IMG/VR virus record: IMGVR_UViG_3300020599_000180
Span: 1-43,908 of that record
DNA from: a virus
Taxonomy: Duplodnaviria; Caudoviricetes
DNA length: 43,908 nucleotides
Reading direction: 5' to 3' (one strand)
Made by a program: the position numbers and the translations under genes. Of the stretch, positions 27,211-35,564 are shown one piece after another; the stretch's first letter is position 1, and each line of letters starts with the position of its first letter. A model generated the notes under the pieces. The model did no database searches. It was not told where the DNA came from and saw nothing but the letters and a program-made list of their open reading frames with translations.

Positions 27211-27543
27211 ATGCTCGATCTGCTCATTGGTGCCGCGCAGCTCGTACTCGCGCTGCTGCTCTTCCACCGCGTCATGCCGGTGCGCTGCGCGGAGAGTCGC
27301 GCCGACGCGCTCAAGGTCTGGCTGATCGGCCTCGCCCTGCTCTGCTTCGGCGGTGTGCGGCTCCTGGCCGCCTTCGCCTTGGCCGCACCGCCTCTGCTGC
27401 ATGCGCTCGGGCACGGCGCTTTGTTCGCCGGCGCCGCACTCTGGCTGCGCCATATGCGCGGCGCACGGATCCGGGGCTGGGCTGATGTCCGCCAATCGCG
27501 AGCGCGCCGGTGCCCGCTCGTGCCCAAGAGAGGCTTGCCGTGA
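27211..27543 (+). CDS. Second membrane protein (holin/antiholin-like)
   Basis: GGAGG RBS, three hydrophobic segments, basic tail. Confidence 0.55.
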   Translation: MLDLLIGAAQLVLALLLFHRVMPVRCAESRADALKVWLIGLALLCFGGVRLLAAFALAAPPLLHALGHGALFAGAALWLRHMRGARIRGWADVRQSRARRCPLVPKRGLP

Positions 27544-27977
27544 CCCTCACCGACCATTTCTCACTCGCCGAAATGACCTTCTCGCAGACCGCGCTGTGCA
27601 AAGGCATCGACAATCGCGCGCCGGCCGACGCGGTCGCGGCGATGCGTGCGCTGTGTACCCACGTGCTCGAGCCGATCCGCGCCCATTTCGGCCGGCCCGT
27701 GCGGGTGAGCAGCGGCTATCGCTCTGCTGCGCTCAATCGCGCGGTGGGCGGCTCGGCCAGCTCGCAGCACTGCCTAGGCGAGGCGGCCGACATCACCGTT
27801 CCCGGCGTCGACAATCTGCGCCTGGCGAAGTGGATCCGTGACAACCTGACCTTCGACCAGGTCATCATGGAGGGGGGATGGGTGCACGTCTCCTTTCGCG
27901 TCGATCGCGCCCGCAAGTCCGTCCTCACCGCCACCTTTGTTGGCGGCAAGGCCAGCTATAGCCAAGGGCTGGCCTGA
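27540..27977 (+). CDS. Endolysin, peptidase M15A family
   Basis: HFSLAEMTFS, SSGYRS..LNRAVGG..SQHCLGEAAD, WVHVS. Confidence 0.9.
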   Translation: MTLTDHFSLAEMTFSQTALCKGIDNRAPADAVAAMRALCTHVLEPIRAHFGRPVRVSSGYRSAALNRAVGGSASSQHCLGEAADITVPGVDNLRLAKWIRDNLTFDQVIMEGGWVHVSFRVDRARKSVLTATFVGGKASYSQGLA

Positions 27978-28252
27978 TGCCGCTCTGGCTCAAGGGCGTC
28001 CTGCCTCACGTCGCGATCGGCGCCGCCATGCTCCTGCTCGTGTACGGGCTCGACCGCTGCGCCCACTACGCCATGTCCTCGATGCAGGAGAGCGCCACAC
28101 AGGCCGGTGAGCAGAAGGCACGCGCCGATCATTATCAGGAAGCCATCCGACAGACGGAGAAAGCCGATGCCGCCGCTGATGAGGTCCGCCGCAATGGCGG
28201 CCCTGCTCGTGACGACTGCCTGCGCGACAGTCGCACCCCCGAGAACTGCTGA
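27977..28252 (+). CDS. Rz-like i-spanin
   Basis: N-terminal TM helix plus coiled coil, after endolysin. Confidence 0.65.
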   Translation: MPLWLKGVLPHVAIGAAMLLLVYGLDRCAHYAMSSMQESATQAGEQKARADHYQEAIRQTEKADAAADEVRRNGGPARDDCLRDSRTPENC

Positions 28253-28415
28253 CAGCGCCTGCACGGCGCTCAAGACGCTGAGCTATGCCAATGCGCGGGC
28301 CGGAGACGAAACCGCCGACGATCCCGGCAATCGGTACGACACTGCCGCCACCGTCCGCGAGGTTGCCGAGCACAATGCCCGCTGGCGCGCGCTATGCCCG
28401 ATTGATGGCAGATAA
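28167..28415 (+). CDS. Rz1-like o-spanin lipoprotein
   Basis: AALLVTTAC lipobox-like; overlaps i-spanin 3' end in another frame. Confidence 0.65.
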   Translation: MPPLMRSAAMAALLVTTACATVAPPRTADSACTALKTLSYANARAGDETADDPGNRYDTAATVREVAEHNARWRALCPIDGR

Positions 28416-28646
28416 GCGCGCTTAGAGATGAGTGCGGTAGGCGGTGATGCGGGCCGGATTGGCCGGCGTCCCTCGTTGACCCGGAGGGATGGTCTGGCGG
28501 TTGATGCGCACTCACCGCCAAGTGGTGTTAGCCAGCGTGCTATTCCACGCCGCCGCATCACCAAGCGAAACGTACCACCCTCGGAATCCCCGCCGCAAGC
28601 AGCAATATTAGCAACGCCCGCGGGCGCGCGATATGCCCGCCCTCGA

Positions 28647-28847
28647 TCACTCGCCGCCGGTGAGCGCGAGATAGCGTGCGGCGAGAGCGGTGCGCCTCTC
28701 GATGGGCTTTTGCCCGCGCTCCATCTGCCCGACATAGGTCTCGGACATACCTATCTCGGCGGCCATGCGCTCCAGCGTCCAGCCCAGGCCCTTGCGGATG
28801 GCGCGCAGCTCCTCCGGGGTGATGGGCTCCGTTGTTTGCACTTTCAC
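28647..28847 (-). CDS. XRE-family HTH protein
   Basis: TPEELRAIRKGLGWTLERMAAEIGMSETYVGQMERG; AGGAG RBS before GTG. Confidence 0.85.
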   Translation of the reverse strand: MKVQTTEPITPEELRAIRKGLGWTLERMAAEIGMSETYVGQMERGQKPIERRTALAARYLALTGGE

Positions 28848-28912
28848 CAGAGTTCTCCTATTATTCACCCTGTCTCCCGACCCGAGGGGCTAAGCTCGGG
28901 CCGGGAGGGCTC

Positions 28913-28975
28913 TTAGGCTTGGATCGAGACCGTGAAGGTCACTTTCCAAATTCTGAGCCGGATTTGGAGCATCAT
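28913..28975 (-). CDS. 20-aa peptide MMLQIRLRIWKVTFTVSIQA
   Basis: Strong AAAGGAGG RBS; lies between an operator/promoter and a GC hairpin. Confidence 0.6.
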   Translation of the reverse strand: MMLQIRLRIWKVTFTVSIQA

Positions 28976-29036
28976 GCTCTTCCTCCTTTGGGTTGTCGGC
29001 GGGATCGGGTGCCTTCCTTCTCCGTCCGACAAGAGG

Positions 29037-29088
29037 ATAAGTAACCTAGTTACTCTCGACGTGCAAGCGAAAAGAGTAACTAGGTTAC
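29037..29088 (-). promoter_or_regulatory. Promoter with two palindromic operators
   Basis: AGTAAC-CTA-GTTACT (29040-29054) and GTAAC-TAG-GTTAC (29076-29088); TTGCAC-N17-TACTTA on minus strand. Confidence 0.75.
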
Positions 29089-29145
29089 GTTTTTACGTGG
29101 TTATCTCCCGGGTCATTGCCTCCGTGTGCGGCGGAAAGCGCGGGT

Positions 29146-29409
29146 CTACTCCACCGCTCGGTATCGCCAAGACGATCCTTGCGGCCGCCTGCGCCATCGG
29201 TCATGACTGATCGCAAGATCAATAGCCTCGTCGAGCGCAGCCTGCGCGCCGTCGACGGGCCCCGAAGAAAAAATGGGGTGCCGGTCCTGGTCCTGCGGGT
29301 CAAGCTGGGCCAGAGCCTCCCACTTGCTGCCATGCCGGCGCATTTTCCACCGCCATGCTCGACCGTGTTTATTGGCGTAATCGATGAGACGGGATGCGTC
29401 GAGGCTCAC
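29146..29409 (-). CDS. 87-aa hypothetical protein, paralog of 29989-30261
   Basis: GTGA-coupled to SRAP; shares LDA..L..(Y/F)A...G..W and ALDEAI..AI. Confidence 0.65.
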   Translation of the reverse strand: MSLDASRLIDYANKHGRAWRWKMRRHGSKWEALAQLDPQDQDRHPIFSSGPVDGAQAALDEAIDLAISHDRWRRRPQGSSWRYRAVE

Positions 29410-29996
29410 GCCACAGCCATAAGCTGGCTGGGAAAGGGCTGGGCGAGCGCGCAGGCCCCGGCATAGTCCGCCGTCAGCCATGTCTCATAATCCTCGGGAT
29501 GGAGGATCACCGGCATCGCCTTTGGGTGCAACGGCGCCACCAGCGGGTTGGCCGCGCAGGTGAGAAACGCATAGACGTTGCCGGAGCTGCTCGGCCGCCA
29601 AATGCCGGCGAAGCATGAGACCGGCGCATCATTGACCGTGAACCACCATTCCTCGCGGCCCTGACCGATCTTGGGCTCGGCGAACTCTGAGAACGGCACG
29701 AGGCAGCGCCGTCCCGGATCGGCCAGCATGGACCGCCAGAAGGGGCTGGTGAGGTTGCGCACGTTCGTCACGTGCTTGGTCACTGTGGAGCCAGGGCGCT
29801 TGCCGGGCATCGTGCGGGGTACGCCCCAGGTCATCTGATCGAGCACCGTGCGCCCGTTCTCCCGCCGCGCTACAATGCCGGGGCGGCGAGGCCAGACATC
29901 GATCTGCGTCTCGGACCATTCTTCCCGCTGGTCGACGCCGATATACTCGCGCCAGCTCGGGATGCGATCCGGGTCGTTTCGATAGTGGTTACAGAT
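29406..29996 (-). CDS. SOS response-associated peptidase (SRAP/YedK/HMCES family)
   Basis: Frame opens at ATC-TGT (xCNHY) after GGAGG; TWG, RCLVPFSEFAE, FAGIW, HPKAMPVIL. Confidence 0.88.
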   Translation of the reverse strand: MCNHYRNDPDRIPSWREYIGVDQREEWSETQIDVWPRRPGIVARRENGRTVLDQMTWGVPRTMPGKRPGSTVTKHVTNVRNLTSPFWRSMLADPGRRCLVPFSEFAEPKIGQGREEWWFTVNDAPVSCFAGIWRPSSSGNVYAFLTCAANPLVAPLHPKAMPVILHPEDYETWLTADYAGACALAQPFPSQLMAVA

Positions 29997-30261
29997 GGCG
30001 GCCTCCGAGCGGCAATGGCGGCTGGCCTGATACGGCGGCGATGGCGATCGCTATTGCCTCGTCCAACGCCGTTTGATGGTCAACATTCTCGGCCTCGCCC
30101 ATGACCCGCCCGTCCAGTTCAACGAAGACGCGCAGCCTGTCGCCGCTCATTTTCGAATGAAAGGCCCACTCGATGCCTTGGTTATCAGCAAACAGCGCGA
30201 GCTGGCGCGCGTCGAGATGGCCTTTCAGGGGCGGGTCATAGTCGTCCAAAGTGTAGGTCAT
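29989..30261 (-). CDS. 90-aa hypothetical protein, first gene of SOS operon
   Basis: GGAGGT RBS; paralog of 29146-29409. Confidence 0.75.
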   Translation of the reverse strand: MTYTLDDYDPPLKGHLDARQLALFADNQGIEWAFHSKMSGDRLRVFVELDGRVMGEAENVDHQTALDEAIAIAIAAVSGQPPLPLGGRHL

Positions 30262-30281
30262 GGAGACCTCCGTTCATGCAA

Positions 30282-30296
30282 GAACGGAGAGGGAAC
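30282..30296. promoter_or_regulatory. Alphaproteobacterial LexA (SOS) box
   Basis: GAAC-GGAGAGG-GAAC, exact GAAC-N7-GAAC, 20 bp upstream of the SRAP operon. Confidence 0.8.
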
Positions 30297-30328
30297 AACG
30301 CCGGACCGAGTCGGGTCAAGTGCCGTCG

Positions 30329-30514
30329 TTAAGCTCTACGATCCGGGGGAACGGGTCGAAACCATCCACGCCGCAAACGGCGGTTCAGCTTAGACCGCTT
30401 TGCCATTTCAAGATCGTCCGTCCAATCGATGGGATCGCGGTCCTCTCTGGGACCGGCGGCGGCCAGTGGGGCGTCAAATGTGTTTGAAGTCGTCTCGGTC
30501 GGCATTGCGGTCAC
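30329..30514 (-). CDS. Small hypothetical protein
   Basis: Short ORF co-oriented with neighbours; no motif. Confidence 0.35.
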   Translation of the reverse strand: MTAMPTETTSNTFDAPLAAAGPREDRDPIDWTDDLEMAKRSKLNRRLRRGWFRPVPPDRRA

Positions 30515-30633
30515 CTGTGCGTGGTTTAATTCGCGCAGGATCGCCGATGCCGGCCCCTGATTCCTCTTGTGGTTTTTCCCATTGGACGGACGGGCGGAGT
30601 CTCAAGCGGCGAGCGAAGCACCGCAGGGATGCG

Positions 30634-30771
30634 TCACCCAAGAAACCAGCCCAGAAACCCGATGAGCAGCGCCAGCCCGATCAGGGTCGAGGCGACGCCG
30701 AGCCAGAACTCACCTGTGGCGGCGAGGCCCCGCTTTCGAGGCGGTGGGTGATCTGACCAGTCGTTGAGCAT
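30634..30771 (-). CDS. 45-aa single-pass membrane protein
   Basis: MLNDWSDHPPPRKRGLAATGEFWLGVASTLIGLALLIGFLGWFLG. Confidence 0.55.
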   Translation of the reverse strand: MLNDWSDHPPPRKRGLAATGEFWLGVASTLIGLALLIGFLGWFLG

Positions 30772-30802
30772 GAGGCCATCCTACCTCATCGGGCTACGGT
30801 CG

Positions 30803-30973
30803 TCACCAGGACGCCATCTCGAACTTCGCGTGGCACTCGTCGCAATGGTCGGAATTGCTCCACCCTCGCGCACCGCATGTGCCGCAATGGTATCGTGCCT
30901 CGGCTTCCGCAATGCGGCGCTCGCGATCGAACAGGCGCGACCAAAAGCCGCGTACACGCGTCAATGCCATCAT
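30803..30973 (-). CDS. 56-aa zinc-ribbon protein
   Basis: MMALTRVRGFWSRLFDRERRIAEAEARYHCGTCGARGWSNSDHCDECHAKFEMASW, two CxxC. Confidence 0.6.
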   Translation of the reverse strand: MMALTRVRGFWSRLFDRERRIAEAEARYHCGTCGARGWSNSDHCDECHAKFEMASW

Positions 30974-31032
30974 ATAAACCACCCCCGTGGAGCTACATTC
31001 ATGCTCCCGAGATACATCTTTTGCAAGGAGGT

Positions 31033-32226
31033 TTAGGGGGGAGCAGATTTGGGGCGTAGTTTGACGTCGATATGAGCTGGGTGGTCAACGCGAAATGCCC
31101 CGCCCGCGCGGAGCGTGATCGTCATTAAACCTTCCTCGGCGTCGACCCGTTCGATCAAGCGCCTAAGTGTTCCAGCGGCGGCTGCGCGATCGGCAGGAAG
31201 TGGGCGACCAGTGGCCATAGCGTACCAATTGCTGACGGCCGCCTCTAACTGAGCCGCGCGGTAGCGGTCATAGGGCGCAGCTTCGACCCCATATCGCACG
31301 GTGCTTGGAACATAATAGCAATACCAACGGCCTTGGCTTCGCTGAGCGATATGGATCAACTTACGCCCACGATGGCCATGTAGCAGCTCCGACAAGAGTC
31401 CGATGACACTCCCGCGGATCCCGGCTTTGCGTTTGGGGCTTCCCGCCAGCGCTTCCTGCGCGCGGCGAAACTGTCCCTCTGTAACAATCGGATCGAATGC
31501 GCCTACCATCTGGACTTGGCCTTTGTAGACCAAGTCACCTCGATAGAGGCGATTATTAAGCATGGCGTTTACGGTTTGAGCTATCCACGGGCGGCCCTCC
31601 CGATTGAGGAATCCGCGGGCATTGAGCAGGTCAGCGATCAGGCGTGAGGAGCGCACTTTGGGATAGCGCCGAAACGCCAGACGGACCGCCTCCGCCTGCT
31701 CACGATTGATGGTCAGGCGCTTGCTGGTACTGTCATAACCAAATGGTGCCCTGCCAGTCCAAAGACCTCGGCGCCGAGCACCGGCATACCAGTCACGCAA
31801 GCGTTCGCCCGTTAGCTCCCGCTCAAATTGGGCAAAGGACAGCAGGATATTGAGGCTCAGCCGACCCATGCTGCTCGACGTGTCGAATGCCTGCGTGATT
31901 GCGACAAAGGAGACCCCGCGCCGCTCGAAGTGATCGACAAGCTCGACGAAGTCCCGCAACGAGCGCGACAGGCGATCGATCTTGTAGACAACGACCACAT
32001 CGATCAAACCGCTCTCGATATCGGCGACCAACTGCTGGAGGGCTGGGCGCTTGAGCGATCCGCCGGAGTAGCCGAGGTCATCATAGTGTCGGGCCATTGC
32101 AACCCAGCCCTCGGCCGCTTGGCTGGCAATGTATTTTTCGCACAGATCTCGCTGGTTTTCGATGGTGCTGAGCTGACTGTCGACGCGCTCATCCGCAGAC
32201 TTTCGCGTGTAGATCGCGCACCTCAC
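31033..32226 (-). CDS. Large serine recombinase family protein
   Basis: AIYTRKS catalytic Ser, YDDLGYSGGSLKRPAL, YKIDRLSR, FAQFERE, APFGY, recombinase domain LNNRLYRG. Confidence 0.92.
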   Translation of the reverse strand: MRCAIYTRKSADERVDSQLSTIENQRDLCEKYIASQAAEGWVAMARHYDDLGYSGGSLKRPALQQLVADIESGLIDVVVVYKIDRLSRSLRDFVELVDHFERRGVSFVAITQAFDTSSSMGRLSLNILLSFAQFERELTGERLRDWYAGARRRGLWTGRAPFGYDSTSKRLTINREQAEAVRLAFRRYPKVRSSRLIADLLNARGFLNREGRPWIAQTVNAMLNNRLYRGDLVYKGQVQMVGAFDPIVTEGQFRRAQEALAGSPKRKAGIRGSVIGLLSELLHGHRGRKLIHIAQRSQGRWYCYYVPSTVRYGVEAAPYDRYRAAQLEAAVSNWYAMATGRPLPADRAAAAGTLRRLIERVDAEEGLMTITLRAGGAFRVDHPAHIDVKLRPKSAPP

Positions 32227-32456
32227 CGGACCGTGCCGACGTGCGCCCTGATTTTTTCGGCGATGGCAGACAGGCGCTGCGCACGGCGATCCAGATCATC
32301 GGCGATCTCGATATAGAGCGACGGCGGCGCATCACCTTGTCCCGAGGCCCAGCGCTGCATGGTCCGGAGGTTGATGCCATAGTCGCGGGCGAGTTCCGAT
32401 TGCCAGCGAGGCCCATAGAGGGCCTCGCCGATCTCGCGAATATCAGGTTCAGTCAT
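32223..32456 (-). CDS. HTH protein (YGPRWQSELAR type)
   Basis: IGEALYGPRWQSELARDYGINLRTMQRWASG. Confidence 0.8.
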   Translation of the reverse strand: MTEPDIREIGEALYGPRWQSELARDYGINLRTMQRWASGQGDAPPSLYIEIADDLDRRAQRLSAIAEKIRAHVGTVR

Positions 32457-32688
32457 GACCGACTTGTGCCAAGCCGACGCGGGCCAGTTCGCCCTCGTCG
32501 GGCAAAAAATACGCCACGCACTGGTCGGAGACCAGGTTGCCCTCATCGTCGGGGGTCCAGACGAGGTGCATATCATCCTCAAACTTCCCGCCGGCCATGG
32601 GGAAAACGAGGAACCTGACGCTTTGCTCGATCAGGAAACCATCCTCATCATACCAATTGCCGGTTAGGACACGCAGATTGTTCGCCAT
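32449..32688 (-). CDS. 79-aa acidic hypothetical protein
   Basis: AAGGAGG RBS; overlaps the HTH gene start. Confidence 0.7.
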   Translation of the reverse strand: MANNLRVLTGNWYDEDGFLIEQSVRFLVFPMAGGKFEDDMHLVWTPDDEGNLVSDQCVAYFLPDEGELARVGLAQVGHD

Positions 32689-32731
32689 GTCGGCCTCCTT
32701 GCCGTTTCGGACCCGGCCCATCGCCGCTGTC

Positions 32732-32769
32732 CATGTCGTATATTTACGACATGTCGGGCAGCCTGTCAA
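32732..32769 (-). promoter_or_regulatory. Promoter with palindromic operator
   Basis: CATGTCGTA-TATT-TACGACATG (32732-32753) over the -10 of TTGACA-N17-TAAATA. Confidence 0.8.
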
Positions 32770-32825
32770 ACACAAATGCGCGCGACCATCCCGTTCAAAC
32801 CTGGGCGAAGCCGTTCGGTCGGCAC

Positions 32826-33515
32826 CTATGCGGGCTCAGCAGCATCCATCACATGGTCGATGACCGCATCGACCAGCTCGGCGCGATCGCCAGCAGAAAA
32901 TCCCAGCAGCTCGCGCATCGCGTAGCGGACCTCGGGCGAATTTCGGGACGGCTTGTCGAAGAGGCCCAGTTGGTGGATCCGCGCGACGGCCGCCACTCGG
33001 CCCGCGAACGCCACCCAGGCCTCCTGGTCGCTCCCGCCCGCGCGCATGACACCAGCGCGTCGGATCTTACGGAACATGGCGCGCTGGCGGATGGAGGGCC
33101 GGCGCAGCTTGCCGGCGCCCACATTCTGCTCCTCCGGCTCCACCGGAAGCCAGCGGATCACCTTGCGCCATTCGAACGAGCGCAGCCCGCCGGCCCGAAC
33201 GTCGTAGCCCGTGAGCAGCGGCCCCTGCCGCACCCAGCTGTGCATCATCACCGGGCGCGGCGCGCCGGCGCCGCCTGACGGATAAAGGAACTTGACAGCA
33301 TAGGCGCCCGGCACGGGTTCCTTGGGCCGCTTGCGCGGCGCGAACCGCGAACCGTCCGGATTTTGCTGGCGGGCGATGCGCTGCTGCTGGCTCTTCTGGA
33401 GCCGCCGGGCCATTTTCCGGAACAGGGCCCGGCGCTCGGCCGGCTTCATTGATTTGAGGATGGAGCCGGCGAAGCGCTCCAGCTCGGCGAGATCGTGCGC
33501 GCCGATGTCGCTCAT
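32826..33515 (-). CDS. gpS: Virion morphogenesis protein gpS (with ~70-aa insertion)
   Basis: LQKSQQQRIARQQNPDGSRFAPRK, MFRKIR, VARIHQLG, RELLGFS. Confidence 0.9.
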   Translation of the reverse strand: MSDIGAHDLAELERFAGSILKSMKPAERRALFRKMARRLQKSQQQRIARQQNPDGSRFAPRKRPKEPVPGAYAVKFLYPSGGAGAPRPVMMHSWVRQGPLLTGYDVRAGGLRSFEWRKVIRWLPVEPEEQNVGAGKLRRPSIRQRAMFRKIRRAGVMRAGGSDQEAWVAFAGRVAAVARIHQLGLFDKPSRNSPEVRYAMRELLGFSAGDRAELVDAVIDHVMDAAEPA

Positions 33516-34006
33516 GTGCCGACCAGCAATTCATCGCCGTGCAGGATGCGCTTGAGAAGCACGATCGGATCGGCCGGCCGCTCATCGTCCAGCACGGGCG
33601 GCTCTTCGCGCAGGCTCATGCGATAGCTGCCGTCCGGTTGCTTCAGCACATCCACCGCCTCGCTCATCGGCAGCGTCATGGAGATGTCCACTGTCCCGCC
33701 GTCGACAATGTCCAGCTCGAAACGGAGCTGGTTCTCGGCCGTCTCGAAATTCTGCAGCGCGGCAGGTTCGTGCTCGCGCAGCCAGAGCAGCAGCGGCAAG
33801 AAGAAGGCGGCCGGCTCGGCGGAGAAGCCCAGCACGTCGAGCTGAAGCTGGGCGCGATATTCGAAGCCGAGGTTCTCGGCCGCGTTGGACGGATAGCGCG
33901 ACACCAGCTTGCCGCCGGTCATGTAGATGAGCAGATTTTCCGGGTTGCGCGCCAGCTCCGGAAAGGCCGTTACGAGATAGTCGCGCAGCTGGTCGGCCTT
34001 GGACAT
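33512..34006 (-). CDS. gpR: Tail completion protein gpR
   Basis: KADQLRDYL...PENLLIY, GFEYR, PLLLWLREHEP, VDISMTLPMSE. Confidence 0.9.
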   Translation of the reverse strand: MSKADQLRDYLVTAFPELARNPENLLIYMTGGKLVSRYPSNAAENLGFEYRAQLQLDVLGFSAEPAAFFLPLLLWLREHEPAALQNFETAENQLRFELDIVDGGTVDISMTLPMSEAVDVLKQPDGSYRMSLREEPPVLDDERPADPIVLLKRILHGDELLVGT

Positions 34007-34010
34007 GGGG

Positions 34011-34229
34011 TCACTCCCATAACTGGATGATGTCGCGCTGCTGCACCGTCTCGGCAACGAGGACGGGCAGAACGACCGGCGTGCCCTCGGGCAGGATCGG
34101 GCCGAGCGCGGCGAGATCGCGGTTGAGCGCATAGACCTGCTCGACCACGCCGGATCCCGCGCCCAGCACGCGCCAGACGAGCGCATCGAGCGTTTCGCCC
34201 TGGAGCGCTTTCGCGTCCAAGGTCGCCAT
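34011..34229 (-). CDS. gpX: Tail protein gpX (LysM-like)
   Basis: ALQGETLDALVWR..G...VEQVYALN..LAALGPILPEGTPVVLP...IQLW. Confidence 0.92.
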   Translation of the reverse strand: MATLDAKALQGETLDALVWRVLGAGSGVVEQVYALNRDLAALGPILPEGTPVVLPVLVAETVQQRDIIQLWE

Positions 34230-34709
34230 CTAGATCAGCTCCACTGATGTGCGGCGCTCGCCCCGGATGGTGCGGATGGCGTGGATCGCATTGCGCCGGT
34301 GATCGTCGGGCGTCAGGGACTGCTGGTCGGCTTGCTTCACGCCGAGCGGTGTTGCCGCCACGTCGCGATGGGTCTCGATCAGGTCGGCCGCCGCAAAGGC
34401 ATAGACCGCACGGCGCCAGAGCAGCGTCAGATAGGTCTCGCCTTCGTTAAGTCCGCGCGACGGGACATCCTTGAGGGCATCGATACCGGCCGCTTCGTGC
34501 TGCGCCCGCCAGGTGGACAGGTTGTCGTCGGCAACGACGATCGCGCCCATCACTGCCTCGCGCACGCGCGGATCGGGAATAGACTGGTTCCCGATCCGCA
34601 TCGAATCGCGGAAATGATTGATGTCGAGCGCCGGCCAGAAGCCGCCCGCGTCGATCTGCGATTCCGGCGGGCTTGCGGGAGGCTGGGGGGAAGCGATGAA
34701 GCCGGTCAT
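34230..34709 (-). CDS. gpL: Head completion protein gpL
   Basis: FWPALD..FRDSMRI, RRAVY, AIRTIRG..RTSVELI. Confidence 0.9.
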   Translation of the reverse strand: MTGFIASPQPPASPPESQIDAGGFWPALDINHFRDSMRIGNQSIPDPRVREAVMGAIVVADDNLSTWRAQHEAAGIDALKDVPSRGLNEGETYLTLLWRRAVYAFAAADLIETHRDVAATPLGVKQADQQSLTPDDHRRNAIHAIRTIRGERRTSVELI

Positions 34710-34811
34710 GAGGTCTCCACAGGGATGCCGGGGGTGGGGATCGGAGTGTGGGCTATGACGCGATGCGCCTCGCCCTACTCCTCACCGCCCCCGGGCGCCG
34801 GGGGCGCAAGC

Positions 34812-35564
34812 TCATTCCTGGGCGGCCGAGACCTTGGTCTGCAGCCGCTCAATATCCTTCTGGACACCGCATTTGCGATCCAGCTCATAGGCGCGTTGCA
34901 GCGCCTGCAGGGCGCCCGCCCGGGCGGCCGCGACAGCGCCGGCGGGCGCGCTTTCGCTCTGGCTCGCCTCAGTGGCAGTCCGGATGAGGATCCTCCCGCG
35001 CGCCTTGTAGAGCTTCGCCCGCACCTGATCGGGCATGTCATGATCCGCGGTCAGCGCGATCGTCCGGTCCAGCACGTCGAGATCGAAGGTTTGATCGGTC
35101 TTATCCGCCTTGAGCGCCGCTTCCGCCACTTCCTCGGCGACCACCACGGGCGCCTTGCGCTGCATGTGGCGCGGCATCGCCAGGCCGAAGCGCAGCACAT
35201 GCGCGGCCAGATCCAGCGCGCGCTCATAATCGCCGATGTCCAGGCGCCAGAGGAGCATGGTGGCGACGATCTCGTCTTCCACGGCGGCGCCGTGACGTGC
35301 CGAAGCGGCCAGGGTGGCATCGACATGATGATCATAGGCGGCCACCAGCTGGGCCTTGAGCGCGATCTTGGCCTCGATCGACTGGATTTCCTTCAGCCGC
35401 GCGAGATCGGCGCCCAGCGCGGCGAGCAGCAGTTCATAGGCCGATGCTTCCGGCCCGGTCTCCGGGCGAGCAGCGGCCTTGCCCGCCGGCGTTCCAGACG
35501 CGGCATTGGCGGCAGCGAGAGCGGCCAGGACTTTCTGTCGATTGCGGGCGGCGGGGCTAAGCAT
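34812..35564 (-). CDS. gpM: Terminase endonuclease subunit gpM
   Basis: LKEIQSIEAKIALK, LLWRLDIGD, DMPDQVRAKLYKA, GVQKDIERL. Confidence 0.92.
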   Translation of the reverse strand: MLSPAARNRQKVLAALAAANAASGTPAGKAAARPETGPEASAYELLLAALGADLARLKEIQSIEAKIALKAQLVAAYDHHVDATLAASARHGAAVEDEIVATMLLWRLDIGDYERALDLAAHVLRFGLAMPRHMQRKAPVVVAEEVAEAALKADKTDQTFDLDVLDRTIALTADHDMPDQVRAKLYKARGRILIRTATEASQSESAPAGAVAAARAGALQALQRAYELDRKCGVQKDIERLQTKVSAAQE

